The notes beneath the pieces are model-generated. The model did not search any database, was not told where the DNA came from, and worked only from the letters and a program-made list of their open reading frames with translations. The translations under genes were made by a program, and so were the position numbers. This document shows, one piece after another, positions 35,313-45,032 of a stretch of DNA of 45,032 bases. Positions within the stretch are counted from its first letter, which is position 1; each line of letters opens with the position of its first letter. This DNA is from Rhodobacterales bacterium (GTDB lineage: Bacteria > Pseudomonadota > Alphaproteobacteria > Rhodobacterales > Rhodobacteraceae): positions 1 through 45,032 of the forward strand of contig JANOGU010000239.1 of assembly GCA_031406135.1 (NCBI GenBank). Direction: 5' to 3'.

Positions 35313-37547
35313 TCACCCTCCTTGCCCAGAAGCCGCCCGCCGTGCGCGCGCCGGGTGCGCCAGTCGCGGCAGCCTGATTTCCGCCAATGCCCCGGCGTGG
35401 TCGTTGCCGGGGAAAACCTCTGCGTCCAGAAGCGCCAGCGTGCCGCCATGCTCCTCGACGATCTTCTTGACGATGGGCAGGCCGAGGCCGGTGCCCTTCT
35501 CGCGCGTGGTCACGTAGGGCTCGAACAGCCGTGCCCGGTCGGGCGGCAGGCCGATCCCGTTGTCGCTGATGCGGATCACGACATGGTCCGGCTGCGGCTC
35601 CAGACCGACGCGGATCTCGGGGACGAAGCCCGCGGCCGCGGCTTTCTGCTGCAGGGACTCGATCGCCTCGCCGGCATTCTTGATCAGGTTGGTCAGCGCC
35701 TGGCCGATCATCGTGGCATCGAGGTCCATGGCAATGACCTCGTCGGGCAGGTCGGCCGTGACCGGCAGACCTTCGGACTGAAGCGTGACCGCGTCGCGCA
35801 CCAGGCGGACGATGTCCTCCTCGCGCCGGTCGGGTTCCGGCATGCGGGCGAATTTCGAGAATTCATCGACAATCCGGCGCAGGTCGCCGGTCTGGCGGAT
35901 GATGACATCGGCGTATTGTTCCAGATCCTCGGGTTCGGCGACCTGGCTGCGGAACTTGCGACGGATGCGTTCGGCCGAAAGCTGGATCGGCGTCAGCGGG
36001 TTCTTGATCTCGTGGGCGATGCGGCGGGCGACGTCGCCCCAGGCGGCCATGCGCTGCGCACTGACCAGGTCGGTGACGTCGTCGAAGGCGATCACGTAGC
36101 CTTCGACGCCACTTTCCGCCTTGCGCTCGGCGATGCGGACCAGAAGGCTCTCCATCCGCCCCTGTCGCACCAGACGAACCTCCTCCTGCGCCGCGGTCTG
36201 CCGGGTGTCGCGCAGGCGGTCGAGCACGACGGCGAATTCCGGCACCAGTGCTGCCAGTTCCGTGCCGTGCGCTGTGCCGGGGATGTCGAGCAGGCGCTCG
36301 CCGGCGCGGTTCACGAAATCGACCCGGCCCTCGGCGTCAAGCCCGATCACTCCGGCGGTGACCGAGGACAGGACCGAATCGAACAGCCGACCCCGCTCCT
36401 CGGTCTGGCGGTTGCTGTCCATCAGCGCGTCGCGCTGGCCCTTGAGCTGCCGCGTCATCTGGTTGAACAGGCGTCCCAGCATGGAGATCTCGTCGTCCGC
36501 CGCCTCTTCGGGGACCTGCACGTCAAGGTCGCCCTGCCCGACCCGCTGCGCCGCCCCGGCGAGCCGGCCGACCGGCCGGGCGATGCGTTCGGCGAACCAC
36601 AGGCCCAGCCAGATCGCGGCGAGGATCAGGATGATGGCGAAGCCGAGGTACAGGAGACCGAATTCAAAGAGGAGCTGGCCACGCTCGGCCTCCAGTTGCT
36701 GGTAGAGGCGGACCGTTTCGCGGGTTTCGTCCAGCAGTGACAGGATGCTGCCGTCGACCTTGCGGGTGACGTAGAGATAGCGGTCGGCGTAGGCATCGAG
36801 GTGGACCAGCGCGCGCAGCTCGTCGTTCGGCCAGTCGTCGATCAGCACCACCTCGCCGCCGCGCGCGCGCGTCAGTTCTTCCGCCGTCGGCGGCTCGAAA
36901 TCGAACAGGTAGCTGCGCTCGCCCCGGGTCTTCAGCGCGCCCGCGCCGTCGATCAGGTAGGCCTCGCGCAGGCCGCGCTGGATGCGGGTCTGGCCCTCGG
37001 TCAGGACCGGGCGCACCTGGTCGTCGGCCAGGAAGAAGGTCGACTGTTTGGCGATGTTGAGATAGGCCGCCAGCGCCTGCGAGTCCTCGGTCAGATCGAG
37101 CCGGTGCTCGTTGTCATAGGCTTCCGCGGCCGACAGCGACGAGCCCACCACGTTGCGCACGCGGTCGGAGAACCAGCCCTCGAGGCCGACGTTGACGGTC
37201 AGCACGGCAAAGACCGCAACCAGGATCGTGGGGATCAGCGCGACGCCGGCGAAGACGCCCGACAGGCGCAGGTGCAGGCGCGATCCGGCCGATTGGCTGC
37301 GGCGGTCGGCAACGATACGGGCGATGCGGCCCAGCACCAGCGTCGCGACGACGAGGACGTAGACGAGGTCGGCCAGCAGGATCAGCCGCAGGAACGGCGA
37401 CTGCGCGCCCTGGTTCATCGGCCCGAGCGCGAGGAAGGTGGCGAGCGCCAGCGCCGGGCCCAGGACGACGAGGCCGAAAGTCATCGCCGTCTGCACCCGG
37501 CGCTGCCGGCGCAGGCGGACGAGGCGTTCCCAGGTGTTGCCGCGCAT
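35313..37547 (-). CDS. ntrY: Sensor histidine kinase NtrY
   Basis: 744 aa from the ATG at 37545-37547. N-terminal TM segments, HAMP, PAS, H-box AHEIKNPLTPIQLSAERI, and N/G boxes (LTNLIKNAGEA, GTGLGLPIVKKIVEEHGG). Confidence 0.9.
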   Translation of the reverse strand: MRGNTWERLVRLRRQRRVQTAMTFGLVVLGPALALATFLALGPMNQGAQSPFLRLILLADLVYVLVVATLVLGRIARIVADRRSQSAGSRLHLRLSGVFAGVALIPTILVAVFAVLTVNVGLEGWFSDRVRNVVGSSLSAAEAYDNEHRLDLTEDSQALAAYLNIAKQSTFFLADDQVRPVLTEGQTRIQRGLREAYLIDGAGALKTRGERSYLFDFEPPTAEELTRARGGEVVLIDDWPNDELRALVHLDAYADRYLYVTRKVDGSILSLLDETRETVRLYQQLEAERGQLLFEFGLLYLGFAIILILAAIWLGLWFAERIARPVGRLAGAAQRVGQGDLDVQVPEEAADDEISMLGRLFNQMTRQLKGQRDALMDSNRQTEERGRLFDSVLSSVTAGVIGLDAEGRVDFVNRAGERLLDIPGTAHGTELAALVPEFAVVLDRLRDTRQTAAQEEVRLVRQGRMESLLVRIAERKAESGVEGYVIAFDDVTDLVSAQRMAAWGDVARRIAHEIKNPLTPIQLSAERIRRKFRSQVAEPEDLEQYADVIIRQTGDLRRIVDEFSKFARMPEPDRREEDIVRLVRDAVTLQSEGLPVTADLPDEVIAMDLDATMIGQALTNLIKNAGEAIESLQQKAAAAGFVPEIRVGLEPQPDHVVIRISDNGIGLPPDRARLFEPYVTTREKGTGLGLPIVKKIVEEHGGTLALLDAEVFPGNDHAGALAEIRLPRLAHPARARRAASGQGG

Positions 37548-37630
37548 GACAGCCGCCAAGCGACGCGCCCCCCTACATATGGTGATCCGGCGGGAGGCAA
37601 CCCCTACCGGTCACACCACCTGTGGCGGGT

Positions 37631-38998
37631 TTACATCAGTTTGCGGCGCCGTGTCACGCGGATATCTAGGTCGGTGATCTTCTTGCGCAAGGTATTGCGG
37701 TTGATCCCGAGCAGATCGGCGCAGCGCGCCTGGTTGCCGCCGGTGGCGTCGAGCGCGATCTCGATCAGCGGCGTTTCCACCTCGCGCAGGATGCGCTGGT
37801 AGACCCCTGGCGGCGGCAACTGGCCGCCGTGCAGGTCGAAGTAGCGCTTCAGGTGCCGGGCGACCGAGGCCGACAGTTTCTCGCCCTCGCCGCCGCCACG
37901 CAGCGGCTCCAGCACCGGCTGCGCACCCAGCGCGGCCTCGACCTCGGCCCGCGCGATTTCGGGCTCTGCCGAGGTGATGACGAGCCGGCGCAGCAAGTTC
38001 TCCAGCTGCCGCACGTTGCCGGGCCAGGAGTGGCCGCGCACCAGGTCGCGCGCCTCGCCCGACAGGCGGCGCAGCGGCGCGCCGTCACGCTCGGCCCGGG
38101 CCAGGAAATGGTCGGCCAGAAGCGGGATGTCGTCCACCCGTTCGCGCAGTGCCGGCACCTGAAATGTCACGCCGGTCAGGCGGTAGTAGAGGTTCTGGCG
38201 GAAGCGCCCCGCCTCCATCCGCGCCTGCAGATCGACCTGGCTCGTGGCCATCACGCGCGGCGCGTGTTCGCCGCCGAGGTCGAGGATGCGCGCCGCGCGG
38301 GCCTGTGTCTCGTCATCGAAATCGCCCACCTCGTCGAACACCAGGCTGCCGCCGCGGGCCCGTGCAACCAGCGCCGAAGGCCCGTCGATGCCGGCCATGT
38401 CACCGGCCTGCGCCACCACGAAGGGCTGGGTGCGGCGGTCAGAGTAGTCGTGGATCGCGCGCGCGATCAGGCTCTTGCCGGTGCCCGATTCGCCGGTGAC
38501 CAGGACCGTCAGGTCGCTGTTCATCACCCGGGCCACCAGCCGGTAGAGCGCCTGCATCGCCGGTGTCCGGCCGACCAGCGGCAGGTCGTCGCCGCTCTCC
38601 CGCGGGGCGAGGGGCGCCCGCGCCGGGCTGCGGCGCTTGAGGTCCAGCGCCTTGGCGGACCGTTTCATCAGGTCGGGCAGGTCAAAGGGTTTGGGCAGGT
38701 AGTCCCAAACCTCGGCTTCGGCCGCCTGGATCGCGGTCATGATCGTGTTCTGCGCCGAAATCACGATCACCGGCAGTCCGGGGCGCAGCTTGCCGATGCG
38801 CGGCAAGGCGTCGAGCCCGTTGCCGTCGGGCATGATGACGTCGGAGATCACGAGGTCGCCCTTGCCTTCCTCGACCCAGCGCATCAGCGTCATCAGCGAA
38901 GAGGTTGCGTGCACCTTGCAGCCCGCGCGGGTCAGCGCCTGGGTCAGCACCGTGCGGATCGTGCGGTCGTCGTCGGCGACCAGAACCGTGCCATCCAT
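37631..38998 (-). CDS. ntrC: Response regulator NtrC (GAFTGA-less type)
   Basis: 455 aa. Receiver [11 protein letters not shown]...ISDVIMPDG, Walker [19 protein letters not shown], and a C-terminal HTH ([22 protein letters not shown]). Confidence 0.9.
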   Translation of the reverse strand: MDGTVLVADDDRTIRTVLTQALTRAGCKVHATSSLMTLMRWVEEGKGDLVISDVIMPDGNGLDALPRIGKLRPGLPVIVISAQNTIMTAIQAAEAEVWDYLPKPFDLPDLMKRSAKALDLKRRSPARAPLAPRESGDDLPLVGRTPAMQALYRLVARVMNSDLTVLVTGESGTGKSLIARAIHDYSDRRTQPFVVAQAGDMAGIDGPSALVARARGGSLVFDEVGDFDDETQARAARILDLGGEHAPRVMATSQVDLQARMEAGRFRQNLYYRLTGVTFQVPALRERVDDIPLLADHFLARAERDGAPLRRLSGEARDLVRGHSWPGNVRQLENLLRRLVITSAEPEIARAEVEAALGAQPVLEPLRGGGEGEKLSASVARHLKRYFDLHGGQLPPPGVYQRILREVETPLIEIALDATGGNQARCADLLGINRNTLRKKITDLDIRVTRRRKLM

Positions 38999-39012
38999 GC
39001 GTCACACCTCGT

Positions 39013-40116
39013 TCATGAGAGTTCGTCCGACCGCTCGGCCTTGCTGGCCACCGGAAGCGACAGGCGAAAGACCGTCCGCCCCGGCACCGAATCGACGCTG
39101 ATCCAGCCGTCGTGGTCCGAGACGATCCTGGAGACCAGCGCGAGCCCCAGCCCGGTGCCGTTCTCGCGGCCGGAGACGAAGGGTTCGAAGACGTTGGCGG
39201 CGATGTCGGGCGGCAGGCCGGGGCCGTCGTCAACGATCTCGACCTGCAGGGCCAGCGGCCGGCCGGAGCCGTCCTTGCGCCGCAGCCGCAGCGACAGGTC
39301 GTAGAAGCTGCGCAGCCGGATCGTGCCGCCCTGCGGCCCCGCCGCCTCGGCCGCGTTGCGGATCAGGTTCAGGAACACCTGGGTCAGCTGGTCGGGATCG
39401 GCGAAGGTGGGCGGCAGCGAGGGGTCGTAATCCTCGACGAAGGTCATCTTCGCGGCGAAGCCCACCATCGCCGACCGCCGCACGCGGTCGAGCACGTCGT
39501 GGATGTTCACCGCGCGCCGGTCCGGCGGGCGCAGGTTGCCGAACTGCTCGACCTGTTCGAGAAGCTTCACGATCCGCCGCGTCTCCTCGACGATCAGGTC
39601 GGCAAGCTCGCGATCCTCGCGGGCCAGGCCCATCGACAGCAGCTGTGCCGCGCCGGAAATGCCGGCCAGCGGGTTCTTGATCTCGTGCGCCAGCATCTCG
39701 GCCATGCCGATGGCCGACTTCGCGGCGGATTTCACCTGGCTCGCCCGCTCCATCCGTTCGGCAAGCTGGCGCGGCGCGATCAGCATCATCACCACGCCCG
39801 GGTTGTCGTGCATCGGCGCAAGATGCAGCGCGCAGGCTACCGGCGGGCGCTCTCCGGTGGTGACATCGACGTCGTTGACCACCAGCGCCGAGCGGTTGTC
39901 GCGCGCACGTGCCAGCGCCTCTTCCATCGGCGCGTCGATGTGCAGCCGGTCCCAGGCCGGCTGGCCGGTCAGCGTGCGGGCCGAGGCGTTCATGAAGGCC
40001 TCGGCCGCGGGATTGGCTTCGACGATGCGGCCGTCGCTGTCGATCAGCACCGCCGGCAAGGGCAGCGAGGCCCAGACCACGCCGGGCACCGGATAGGGCG
40101 CGCGGTAGCCGATCAT
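39013..40116 (-). CDS. ntrB: Sensor histidine kinase NtrB
   Basis: 367 aa from the ATG at 40114-40116, an ATGA overlap with the dusB stop. PAS domain, H-box LAHEIKNPLAGISGAAQLL, and N/G boxes LIRNAAEA and GTGLGLALV. Confidence 0.9.
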   Translation of the reverse strand: MIGYRAPYPVPGVVWASLPLPAVLIDSDGRIVEANPAAEAFMNASARTLTGQPAWDRLHIDAPMEEALARARDNRSALVVNDVDVTTGERPPVACALHLAPMHDNPGVVMMLIAPRQLAERMERASQVKSAAKSAIGMAEMLAHEIKNPLAGISGAAQLLSMGLAREDRELADLIVEETRRIVKLLEQVEQFGNLRPPDRRAVNIHDVLDRVRRSAMVGFAAKMTFVEDYDPSLPPTFADPDQLTQVFLNLIRNAAEAAGPQGGTIRLRSFYDLSLRLRRKDGSGRPLALQVEIVDDGPGLPPDIAANVFEPFVSGRENGTGLGLALVSRIVSDHDGWISVDSVPGRTVFRLSLPVASKAERSDELS

Positions 40117-41078
40117 GCGGCGAAGGCCCGGCGCAGCCCGGCGTGGACGGCGCGCTCGTCGGTCAGCGTCAGCAGGTCGCCGGTCGCGACGCCGGCGGCA
40201 TCGAGATACCAGCGCAGGTGCTTGCGGGCGCAGCGCAGGCCGAGGTCGCGGCCGTAGTGGGAGAGCATCGCCTGATGGTGTTCGATCACCAGATCGGCCA
40301 GTGCTGTGCCGCAAGGCGCAGGCGGTATCGGGCGGCCGGCGAGGTTGGCGGCGATCTGCCCGGGCAACCAGGGGCGGCCCTGGGCGCCGCGGCCCAGCAT
40401 CACCGCGCGAGCGCCGGAGGCGGCCAGCGCGGCACGGGCCGAGGCAGCGTCGGTGATGTCGCCGTTGACGACGACGGGGATGCGCACGGCCTCGACCACC
40501 GGGCGGACCGCGGCCCAATTGGCGCGGCCGGTGTAGAACTGCGCCCGCGTGCGGCCGTGGACGACGATCTGGCGCGCGCCGGCGGCCTCCGCCCTGCGGG
40601 CGATGTCGGCGGCATTCAGGGTGCTGTCGTCCCAGCCCAGCCGCAGCTTCAGCGTGACCGGCAGATCGACCGCCGCCACCACCGCCGCGACCACAGCCAG
40701 CGCCGCCTCCGGCGCCCGCATCAGTGCCGCGCCCGCCCAGCCGGACGTCACGCGCTTAGCCGGGCAGCCCATGTTGATGTCGATCTGCCGCGCCCCCTGC
40801 CCGGCCACGATTCGCGCCGCCTCGGCCATCGTTTCGGGATCGCAGCCGGCGAGCTGCACCGCGGTGCCCGGCTCGTCGGCGCCGATTTCGGCCCGCGCCC
40901 GCGCCTCGATCCCGCCGGTCAGAATCTCGCGGCTGGCCACCATCTCGGAGGTGACCAGCCCCGCGCCGAACCTGCGGGCCAGCCGGCGGAACGGCAAATC
41001 GGTGATCCCTGCCATCGGCGCCAGAAGGACCGGCGGGTCGAGCGGGACGGCATCTGGCGCGGGAAAGTCCTCGGTCAT
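40113..41078 (-). CDS. dusB: tRNA-dihydrouridine synthase (NifR3/DusB family)
   Basis: 321 aa from the ATG at 41076-41078. Contains LLAPMAGITDLPFRRLARRFGAGL, DINMGCPAKRV and VVHGRTRAQ. Confidence 0.9.
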   Translation of the reverse strand: MTEDFPAPDAVPLDPPVLLAPMAGITDLPFRRLARRFGAGLVTSEMVASREILTGGIEARARAEIGADEPGTAVQLAGCDPETMAEAARIVAGQGARQIDINMGCPAKRVTSGWAGAALMRAPEAALAVVAAVVAAVDLPVTLKLRLGWDDSTLNAADIARRAEAAGARQIVVHGRTRAQFYTGRANWAAVRPVVEAVRIPVVVNGDITDAASARAALAASGARAVMLGRGAQGRPWLPGQIAANLAGRPIPPAPCGTALADLVIEHHQAMLSHYGRDLGLRCARKHLRWYLDAAGVATGDLLTLTDERAVHAGLRRAFAA

Positions 41079-41250
41079 CCCTGTCAGGTAGCGGTCCCGC
41101 GACCCGGAGACAAACGGTGTTGCCTGCAAAAGTGGCCTGAAAGTCTGGTTTGCACGAAAAACAGGCAGACGGCCCGGCGTACAGGCGGATTGCGCCCCCT
41201 CGCCCAGCCGGTAGTCTGGCCGCCGACTGCCAGTGCAGCCGGAGGCAATT

Positions 41251-42387
41251 GTGGCCGACAGTCCCTCGCGCACCGCCATCGTGATCGTCGCTGCCGGGCG
41301 CGGCACGCGCATGGGCCACGGCCTGCCCAAGCAGTGGCGCCCGCTCGCAGGCCAGCCCGTGGCGGCCCATGCCATCGCCGCGCTGGCCCGCTTCGGGGCT
41401 GTCCACCTTGTCGTCCACCCTGACGACCGGGGGCTGGCGGAGCCGCTGGGCGTCGCGCTGGTGACCGGGGCCGCCGACCGGGCCGGCAGCGTGCGCGCGG
41501 CACTGGAGGCGCTGGCGGGCAAGGGCTTTGCCCGTGTCCTGATCCACGACGCCGCCCGCCCGCTGGTGCCGGCTTCGCTGGTCGGGCGGCTTCTGGCCGC
41601 ACTCGACGCCGGGGCGCAGGCCGCCGCGCCCGGGGTCGCGGTGACCGATGCGCTCTGGCGCGGCGCGGACGGAAGGGTTGCGGGTTTCGTCCCGCGCGAG
41701 GGGCTGTTCCGCGCCCAGACGCCGCAGGCTTTTGCCTTCGACGCGATCCTGGCCGCCCACCGCGCCCATCCCGGCGGCGCGGCCGACGATGTCGAGGTGG
41801 CGCGCGCCGCCGGGCTTGACGTGGTGATCGTGGAAGGCGACGAGGAGAACATGAAGCTCACGCTTCCGGGTGATTTTGCCCGGGCCGGGCGACTGCTGGG
41901 GGCGCGCGTGGACGTACGGACAGGCAACGGCATCGACGTGCACGCCTTCGGCGCGGGCAACCACGTCACGCTCTGCGGGGTGCAGGTCACCCACGACCAG
42001 GGTCTGGTCGGCCATTCCGACGCCGATGTGGGCATGCACGCACTGACCGATGCGATTTACGGCGCGCTGGCCGAGGGCGACATCGGCCGGCATTTTCCGC
42101 CGTCGGACCCGCAATGGAAGGGAGCCGACAGCCGCATCTTCCTCGCCCATGCCGCCAGCCTCGCCCGCGACCGCGGGTTCCGCATCACTGCGGCCGACGT
42201 GACGCTGGTCTGCGAGCGGCCGAAGGTCGCGCCGCATGCCGCGGCGATGCAGACCTCGCTGGCGGGCACGCTGGGGATCGAACCCGGCCGGGTGTCGGTC
42301 AAGGCCACGACCTCGGAAGGTCTGGGTTTCACCGGGCGCGGCGAGGGCATCGCGGCGCTGGCCACCGCCACGCTGGTGTCGCCATGA
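41251..42387 (+). CDS. ispDF: Bifunctional 2-C-methyl-D-erythritol 4-phosphate cytidylyltransferase / MEcPP synthase
   Basis: GTG at 41251, 5 nt after GGAGG (alternative GTG at 41233). IspD motif [12 protein letters not shown] and IspF motif GNGIDVHAF...GHSDADV. Confidence 0.9.
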   Translation: MADSPSRTAIVIVAAGRGTRMGHGLPKQWRPLAGQPVAAHAIAALARFGAVHLVVHPDDRGLAEPLGVALVTGAADRAGSVRAALEALAGKGFARVLIHDAARPLVPASLVGRLLAALDAGAQAAAPGVAVTDALWRGADGRVAGFVPREGLFRAQTPQAFAFDAILAAHRAHPGGAADDVEVARAAGLDVVIVEGDEENMKLTLPGDFARAGRLLGARVDVRTGNGIDVHAFGAGNHVTLCGVQVTHDQGLVGHSDADVGMHALTDAIYGALAEGDIGRHFPPSDPQWKGADSRIFLAHAASLARDRGFRITAADVTLVCERPKVAPHAAAMQTSLAGTLGIEPGRVSVKATTSEGLGFTGRGEGIAALATATLVSP

Positions 42388-42875
42388 GCCGGATGATCAC
42401 CACCGTGTTCGGTCTCGGCCACCTGCGCCCCGCGCCGGGCACCTGGGCCTCTCTGGTCACGATCCTTGCAGGCCTCCTGGTCTGGCGAGTGCTGGGCTTT
42501 CCCGGTCTGGCGCTTCTGACCGCCGCGGTCACCGCGGCCGGGTTCATCGCCTGCGCCGAGGACGTCATCCACGACGACGACCCGCCCGAGGTGGTGATCG
42601 ACGAGGTGGCGGGGCAGCTCCTGACGCTGCTGTTCCCGGCCTTCGCCTTCTGGCTGCAGGACTGGGGCGGCTGGCTGCCCTGGCCGGTGCCGGTGGCGTG
42701 TTTCGCGCTGTTCCGGCTGTTCGACATCTGGAAGCCCGGTCCGGTGGGCTGGGTCGACCGGCGCAACACACCGTCCGCGGTGATGCTCGACGATCTGGTC
42801 GCGGGCGTTCTGGCCGGGTTCGGGGTCCTGGTCCTGGGGGCGGTATGGCACGCGGTCCTGATGCTGACACCCTGA
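42384..42875 (+). CDS. pgpA: Phosphatidylglycerophosphatase A
   Basis: ATGA overlap with isp[26 protein letters not shown] and [11 protein letters not shown] are PgpA hallmarks. 163 aa. Confidence 0.9.
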   Translation: MSRMITTVFGLGHLRPAPGTWASLVTILAGLLVWRVLGFPGLALLTAAVTAAGFIACAEDVIHDDDPPEVVIDEVAGQLLTLLFPAFAFWLQDWGGWLPWPVPVACFALFRLFDIWKPGPVGWVDRRNTPSAVMLDDLVAGVLAGFGVLVLGAVWHAVLMLTP

Positions 42876-43336
42876 GCGCGATCCTCGCCGCTGCGCGGGC
42901 CAGGGGTTTGCGGCTGGCAGTGGCGGAAAGCTGCACCGGCGGCATGGTGGCGGCGGCGCTGACCCAGCTGCCGGGGTCGTCCGATGTCTTCGACCGGGGG
43001 TTCGTGACCTATTCCAACGCGGCCAAGGTGGCGATGCTGGCTGTGGCGCCGCGCACGCTGGACGAGCACGGCGCAGTGTCGGAGGCGGTGGCGCGCGAAA
43101 TGGCGGCGGGCGCGCTGGCCACCGCCGGCGCCAGCCTCGCTGTCGCGATCACCGGCATCGCCGGCCCGGGCGGATCGGAATTCAAGCCCGAGGGCCGGGT
43201 CTGCTTCGCGCTTGCCACCCCCGACCGCACGCTCACCGAGACGCTGGATTTCGGCCCGCTCGGCCGCGACCGGGTGCGGGCGGCGGCGCGGGACCACGCG
43301 CTGGCGCTGGTGTTGCGCGGGCTCAAGGCGGGCTAG
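42845..43336 (+). CDS. CinA-family (PncC-like) nicotinamide-nucleotide amidohydrolase domain protein
   Basis: [17 protein letters not shown] and ITGIAGPGG motifs. 163 aa. The ATG at 42845 overlaps the pgpA 3' end by 31 nt. Confidence 0.8.
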   Translation: MARGPDADTLSAILAAARARGLRLAVAESCTGGMVAAALTQLPGSSDVFDRGFVTYSNAAKVAMLAVAPRTLDEHGAVSEAVAREMAAGALATAGASLAVAITGIAGPGGSEFKPEGRVCFALATPDRTLTETLDFGPLGRDRVRAAARDHALALVLRGLKAG

Positions 43337-43809
43337 GGCCCGCCCGACCCGGCCGACGGCGGATAGCCGTGCAGCTCGGCCGCCCGGCGTTCGAAGGCGC
43401 GCACGACGCGGTGCATGGCCTCGGTGAAGACCAGCCCGATGATGCGCTGCAGGATGGCGTTGCGGAATTCGAAATCGACGTCAAAGTCGATCTCGCAGCC
43501 GCCTCCGGGGTGCGGACGGAAGACCCAGGTGGAGCGCATGTGGCGGAAGGGTCCTTCGAGGTAGGCGGTCTCGATCCGCCGGTCGGCGGGACGCAGGATC
43601 ACCCGGCTGCCGAAGGTTTCGCGGAATACCTTGAACGAGATCACCAGATCGGCCTCGACCTGTTCGCCGCCGTCGACCGGCTGGCGCCGGCGGATGCGGG
43701 CGGCGGCGCACCAGGGCAGGAACTGCGGGTAGCTCTCGATGTCGGCAACGAGCGCGAACATCTCCTCCGCCGACCACGGCAGCAGCTTGACTTCGTGGTG
43801 TTTCGGCAT
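43333..43809 (-). CDS. SRPBCC/START-fold protein of the RatA / Coq10 family
   Basis: 158 aa. [14 protein letters not shown] and [16 protein letters not shown] resemble RatA/Coq10-type polyketide-cyclase-fold proteins. Confidence 0.7.
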   Translation of the reverse strand: MPKHHEVKLLPWSAEEMFALVADIESYPQFLPWCAAARIRRRQPVDGGEQVEADLVISFKVFRETFGSRVILRPADRRIETAYLEGPFRHMRSTWVFRPHPGGGCEIDFDVDFEFRNAILQRIIGLVFTEAMHRVVRAFERRAAELHGYPPSAGSGGP

Positions 43810-43876
43810 CGGTCTTTCGCGTGGCGCCCCAGCGCCACTTGGGCTAGGACGGTGCGGGTTTTCAAGGGGTCTGCGG

Positions 43877-44407
43877 ATGAAGCCCTATGTCATCGACCCG
43901 ATGATCTCGGCCAAGGCCATCGCCGCGCGGGTCGAAGCGCTGGCGCGCGAGATCACCGCGCATTTCGCCGGCACCGAGAAGCTGGTCGTGGTGGGCCTGC
44001 TGCGCGGGTCCTTCGTCTTCATCGCCGACCTGGTGCGCGAGATCGACCTGCCGGTGGAGGTCGATTTCCTCGAAGCCTCGTCCTACGGCATGGGCACCGA
44101 AAGCTCGCGCGAGGTGCGCCTTCTCAAGGACCTCTCGGGCGAGATCGGCGGCCGTGACGTGCTGGTGGTCGAGGACATCGTCGATACCGGGTTTACCCTG
44201 CACCACGTGGTGGGCCTGTTGCGCGCGCGGGCGCCGAAGCGGCTGGAGGTCTGCGCTTTGCTCGACAAGCCGACGCGGCGCGAGGTGGCGATGCAGGCGA
44301 CCTGGGTCGGCTTCACCATCCCCGACGAGTTCGTGGTGGGCTACGGCATCGACTTTGCGCAGCGCAACCGCAACCTGCCCTACATCGGCAAGGTGCGGTT
44401 CACGTGA
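43877..44407 (+). CDS. hpt: Hypoxanthine phosphoribosyltransferase
   Basis: 176 aa. PRPP-binding motif [14 protein letters not shown], then [19 protein letters not shown]. Confidence 0.9.
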   Translation: MKPYVIDPMISAKAIAARVEALAREITAHFAGTEKLVVVGLLRGSFVFIADLVREIDLPVEVDFLEASSYGMGTESSREVRLLKDLSGEIGGRDVLVVEDIVDTGFTLHHVVGLLRARAPKRLEVCALLDKPTRREVAMQATWVGFTIPDEFVVGYGIDFAQRNRNLPYIGKVRFT

Positions 44408-44895
44408 TCCTGCCGGATCACCTCGCGCCCGGGCTGCGCGCGGTGTTCTGCGGCACGGCGGTGGGGGCGATGTCGGCGGCGCGCGGGCACTACTATGCCA
44501 ATCCGGGCAATCGGTTCTGGCGGCTGCTGGCGGAGACCGGGCTGACGCCGCGGCGGCTGATGCCAGAGGAGGATAGGCTGGTGCTGTCCTTCGGGCTTGG
44601 CCTGACCGACCTGTGCAAGGTGGCAGCGGGGCAGGACGCGGCGATCCCGAAGACGGCCTATGATCCCGGGCGGCTGTTCGCGGTGCTGGCGCCGCTGCGT
44701 CCCCGGGCCTTGGCCTTCACCAGCCTGACCGGCGCGCGGCTGGCCCTCGCAGGCCTGGTGCGGCCGGGTCGGCTGGCGGACGACCCGCGCCTGCCTGGGG
44801 TCGCACTCTGGGCCCTGCCCTCGCCCTCCGGCCTGGCGCGGCGCCACTTTTCCGCAGCACCGTGGCTGGCGCTGGCCGGCTGGCTCGGGGACTAG
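44404..44895 (+). CDS. mug: Mismatch-specific (G:U/T) uracil-DNA glycosylase family protein
   Basis: GTGA overlap with hpt. [16 protein letters not shown]...[15 protein letters not shown] and LPSPSG match the Mug/TDG family layout. 163 aa. Confidence 0.75.
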   Translation: MILPDHLAPGLRAVFCGTAVGAMSAARGHYYANPGNRFWRLLAETGLTPRRLMPEEDRLVLSFGLGLTDLCKVAAGQDAAIPKTAYDPGRLFAVLAPLRPRALAFTSLTGARLALAGLVRPGRLADDPRLPGVALWALPSPSGLARRHFSAAPWLALAGWLGD

Positions 44896-45032
44896 ATGTG
44901 GAACCTCAACAGGTTGTCCATCGGTAACGCGAGACGGCTGATGGGTGGCTTGGAGTTTAGACTGCCGTGCGGGCGGTGCCAATTGTACATGTGGGTCCAT
45001 TCCGGGAGGTGGGATTTGCGCTGATCCGAGGT
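44892..45032 (-). CDS. IS481-family DDE transposase, C-terminal 46 codons only (gene continues beyond the window)
   Basis: My own minus-strand translation is [46 protein letters not shown]. The YNxxRPHxSL...PISRL...NLL motif is the typical C-terminus of rve-type IS481 transposases. It is absent from the ORF track because it is truncated. Confidence 0.75.
   Translation of the reverse strand, partial: TSDQRKSHLPEWTHMYNWHRPHGSLNSKPPISRLALPMDNLLRFHI
44897..45032 (-). mobile_element. Terminal part of an IS481-family insertion sequence (terminal repeat TGTGGAACCTCAACAGGTTGT at the boundary)
   Basis: The transposase 3' end runs to the element tip. The tip sequence resembles, from memory, the IS481 terminal repeat (TGTG...TCAAnAGGTTGT). 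The flank is ACTAGA, which fits the NCTAGN target preference. Confidence 0.6.

Noticed and set aside
41123-41138. Sigma54-like element (GGCCAC-TTTTGCA) upstream of dusB-ntrBC on the minus strand
   Set aside because: The GG-to-GC spacing is 8 nt instead of the required 10, so it does not fit the -24/-12 geometry.

Overview
High-GC (by eye roughly two-thirds G+C, not computed) alphaproteobacterial chromosome segment that looks Rhodobacteraceae-like. About 45 genes are tightly packed, and many neighbours share ATGA/GTGA stop-start overlaps. Most of the window is conserved core. It holds rpsB-tsf, mfd, hemB and the syntenic block dusB(nifR3)-ntrB-ntrC-ntrY-ntrX-trkA-trkH-hfq-hflX. It also holds ispDF-pgpA-cinA, hpt-mug, psuK-psuG, bdhA, a penicillin/AHL-acylase-family gene, a MaoC/CoA-transferase pair and a putative HupE-like/DUF4198 metal-uptake pair. 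I recognised no rRNA, tRNA, CRISPR array or known defence system. All protein calls rest on motif recognition in the supplied translations, not on database searches. The long Arg/Gly/Ala-rich ORFs antisense to real genes are treated as high-GC shadow ORFs. The items most worth follow-up are listed here. (1) An orphan 484-aa lysine-rich protein with a leaderless peptidoglycan-binding domain, a glycine-zipper hydrophobic hairpin and a polybasic tail. It has its own terminator and no recognisable catalytic domain, and is a candidate membrane-active factor. (2) A promoter plus stem-loop plus U7 intrinsic terminator unit upstream of bdhA with no gene to terminate, so either a candidate sRNA or an attenuator. 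(3) The end of an IS481-family element inserted exactly at the CTAG stop of mug at the right edge of the window. (4) An MFS transporter cut by an in-frame TGA at its mid-protein domain boundary. (5) hflX with no canonical start codon after hfq. (6) Two head-to-head genes whose start codons overlap (CATG). (7) An 11-bp tandem repeat array. (8) NtrC and NtrX both lacking the GAFTGA sigma54-contact loop.
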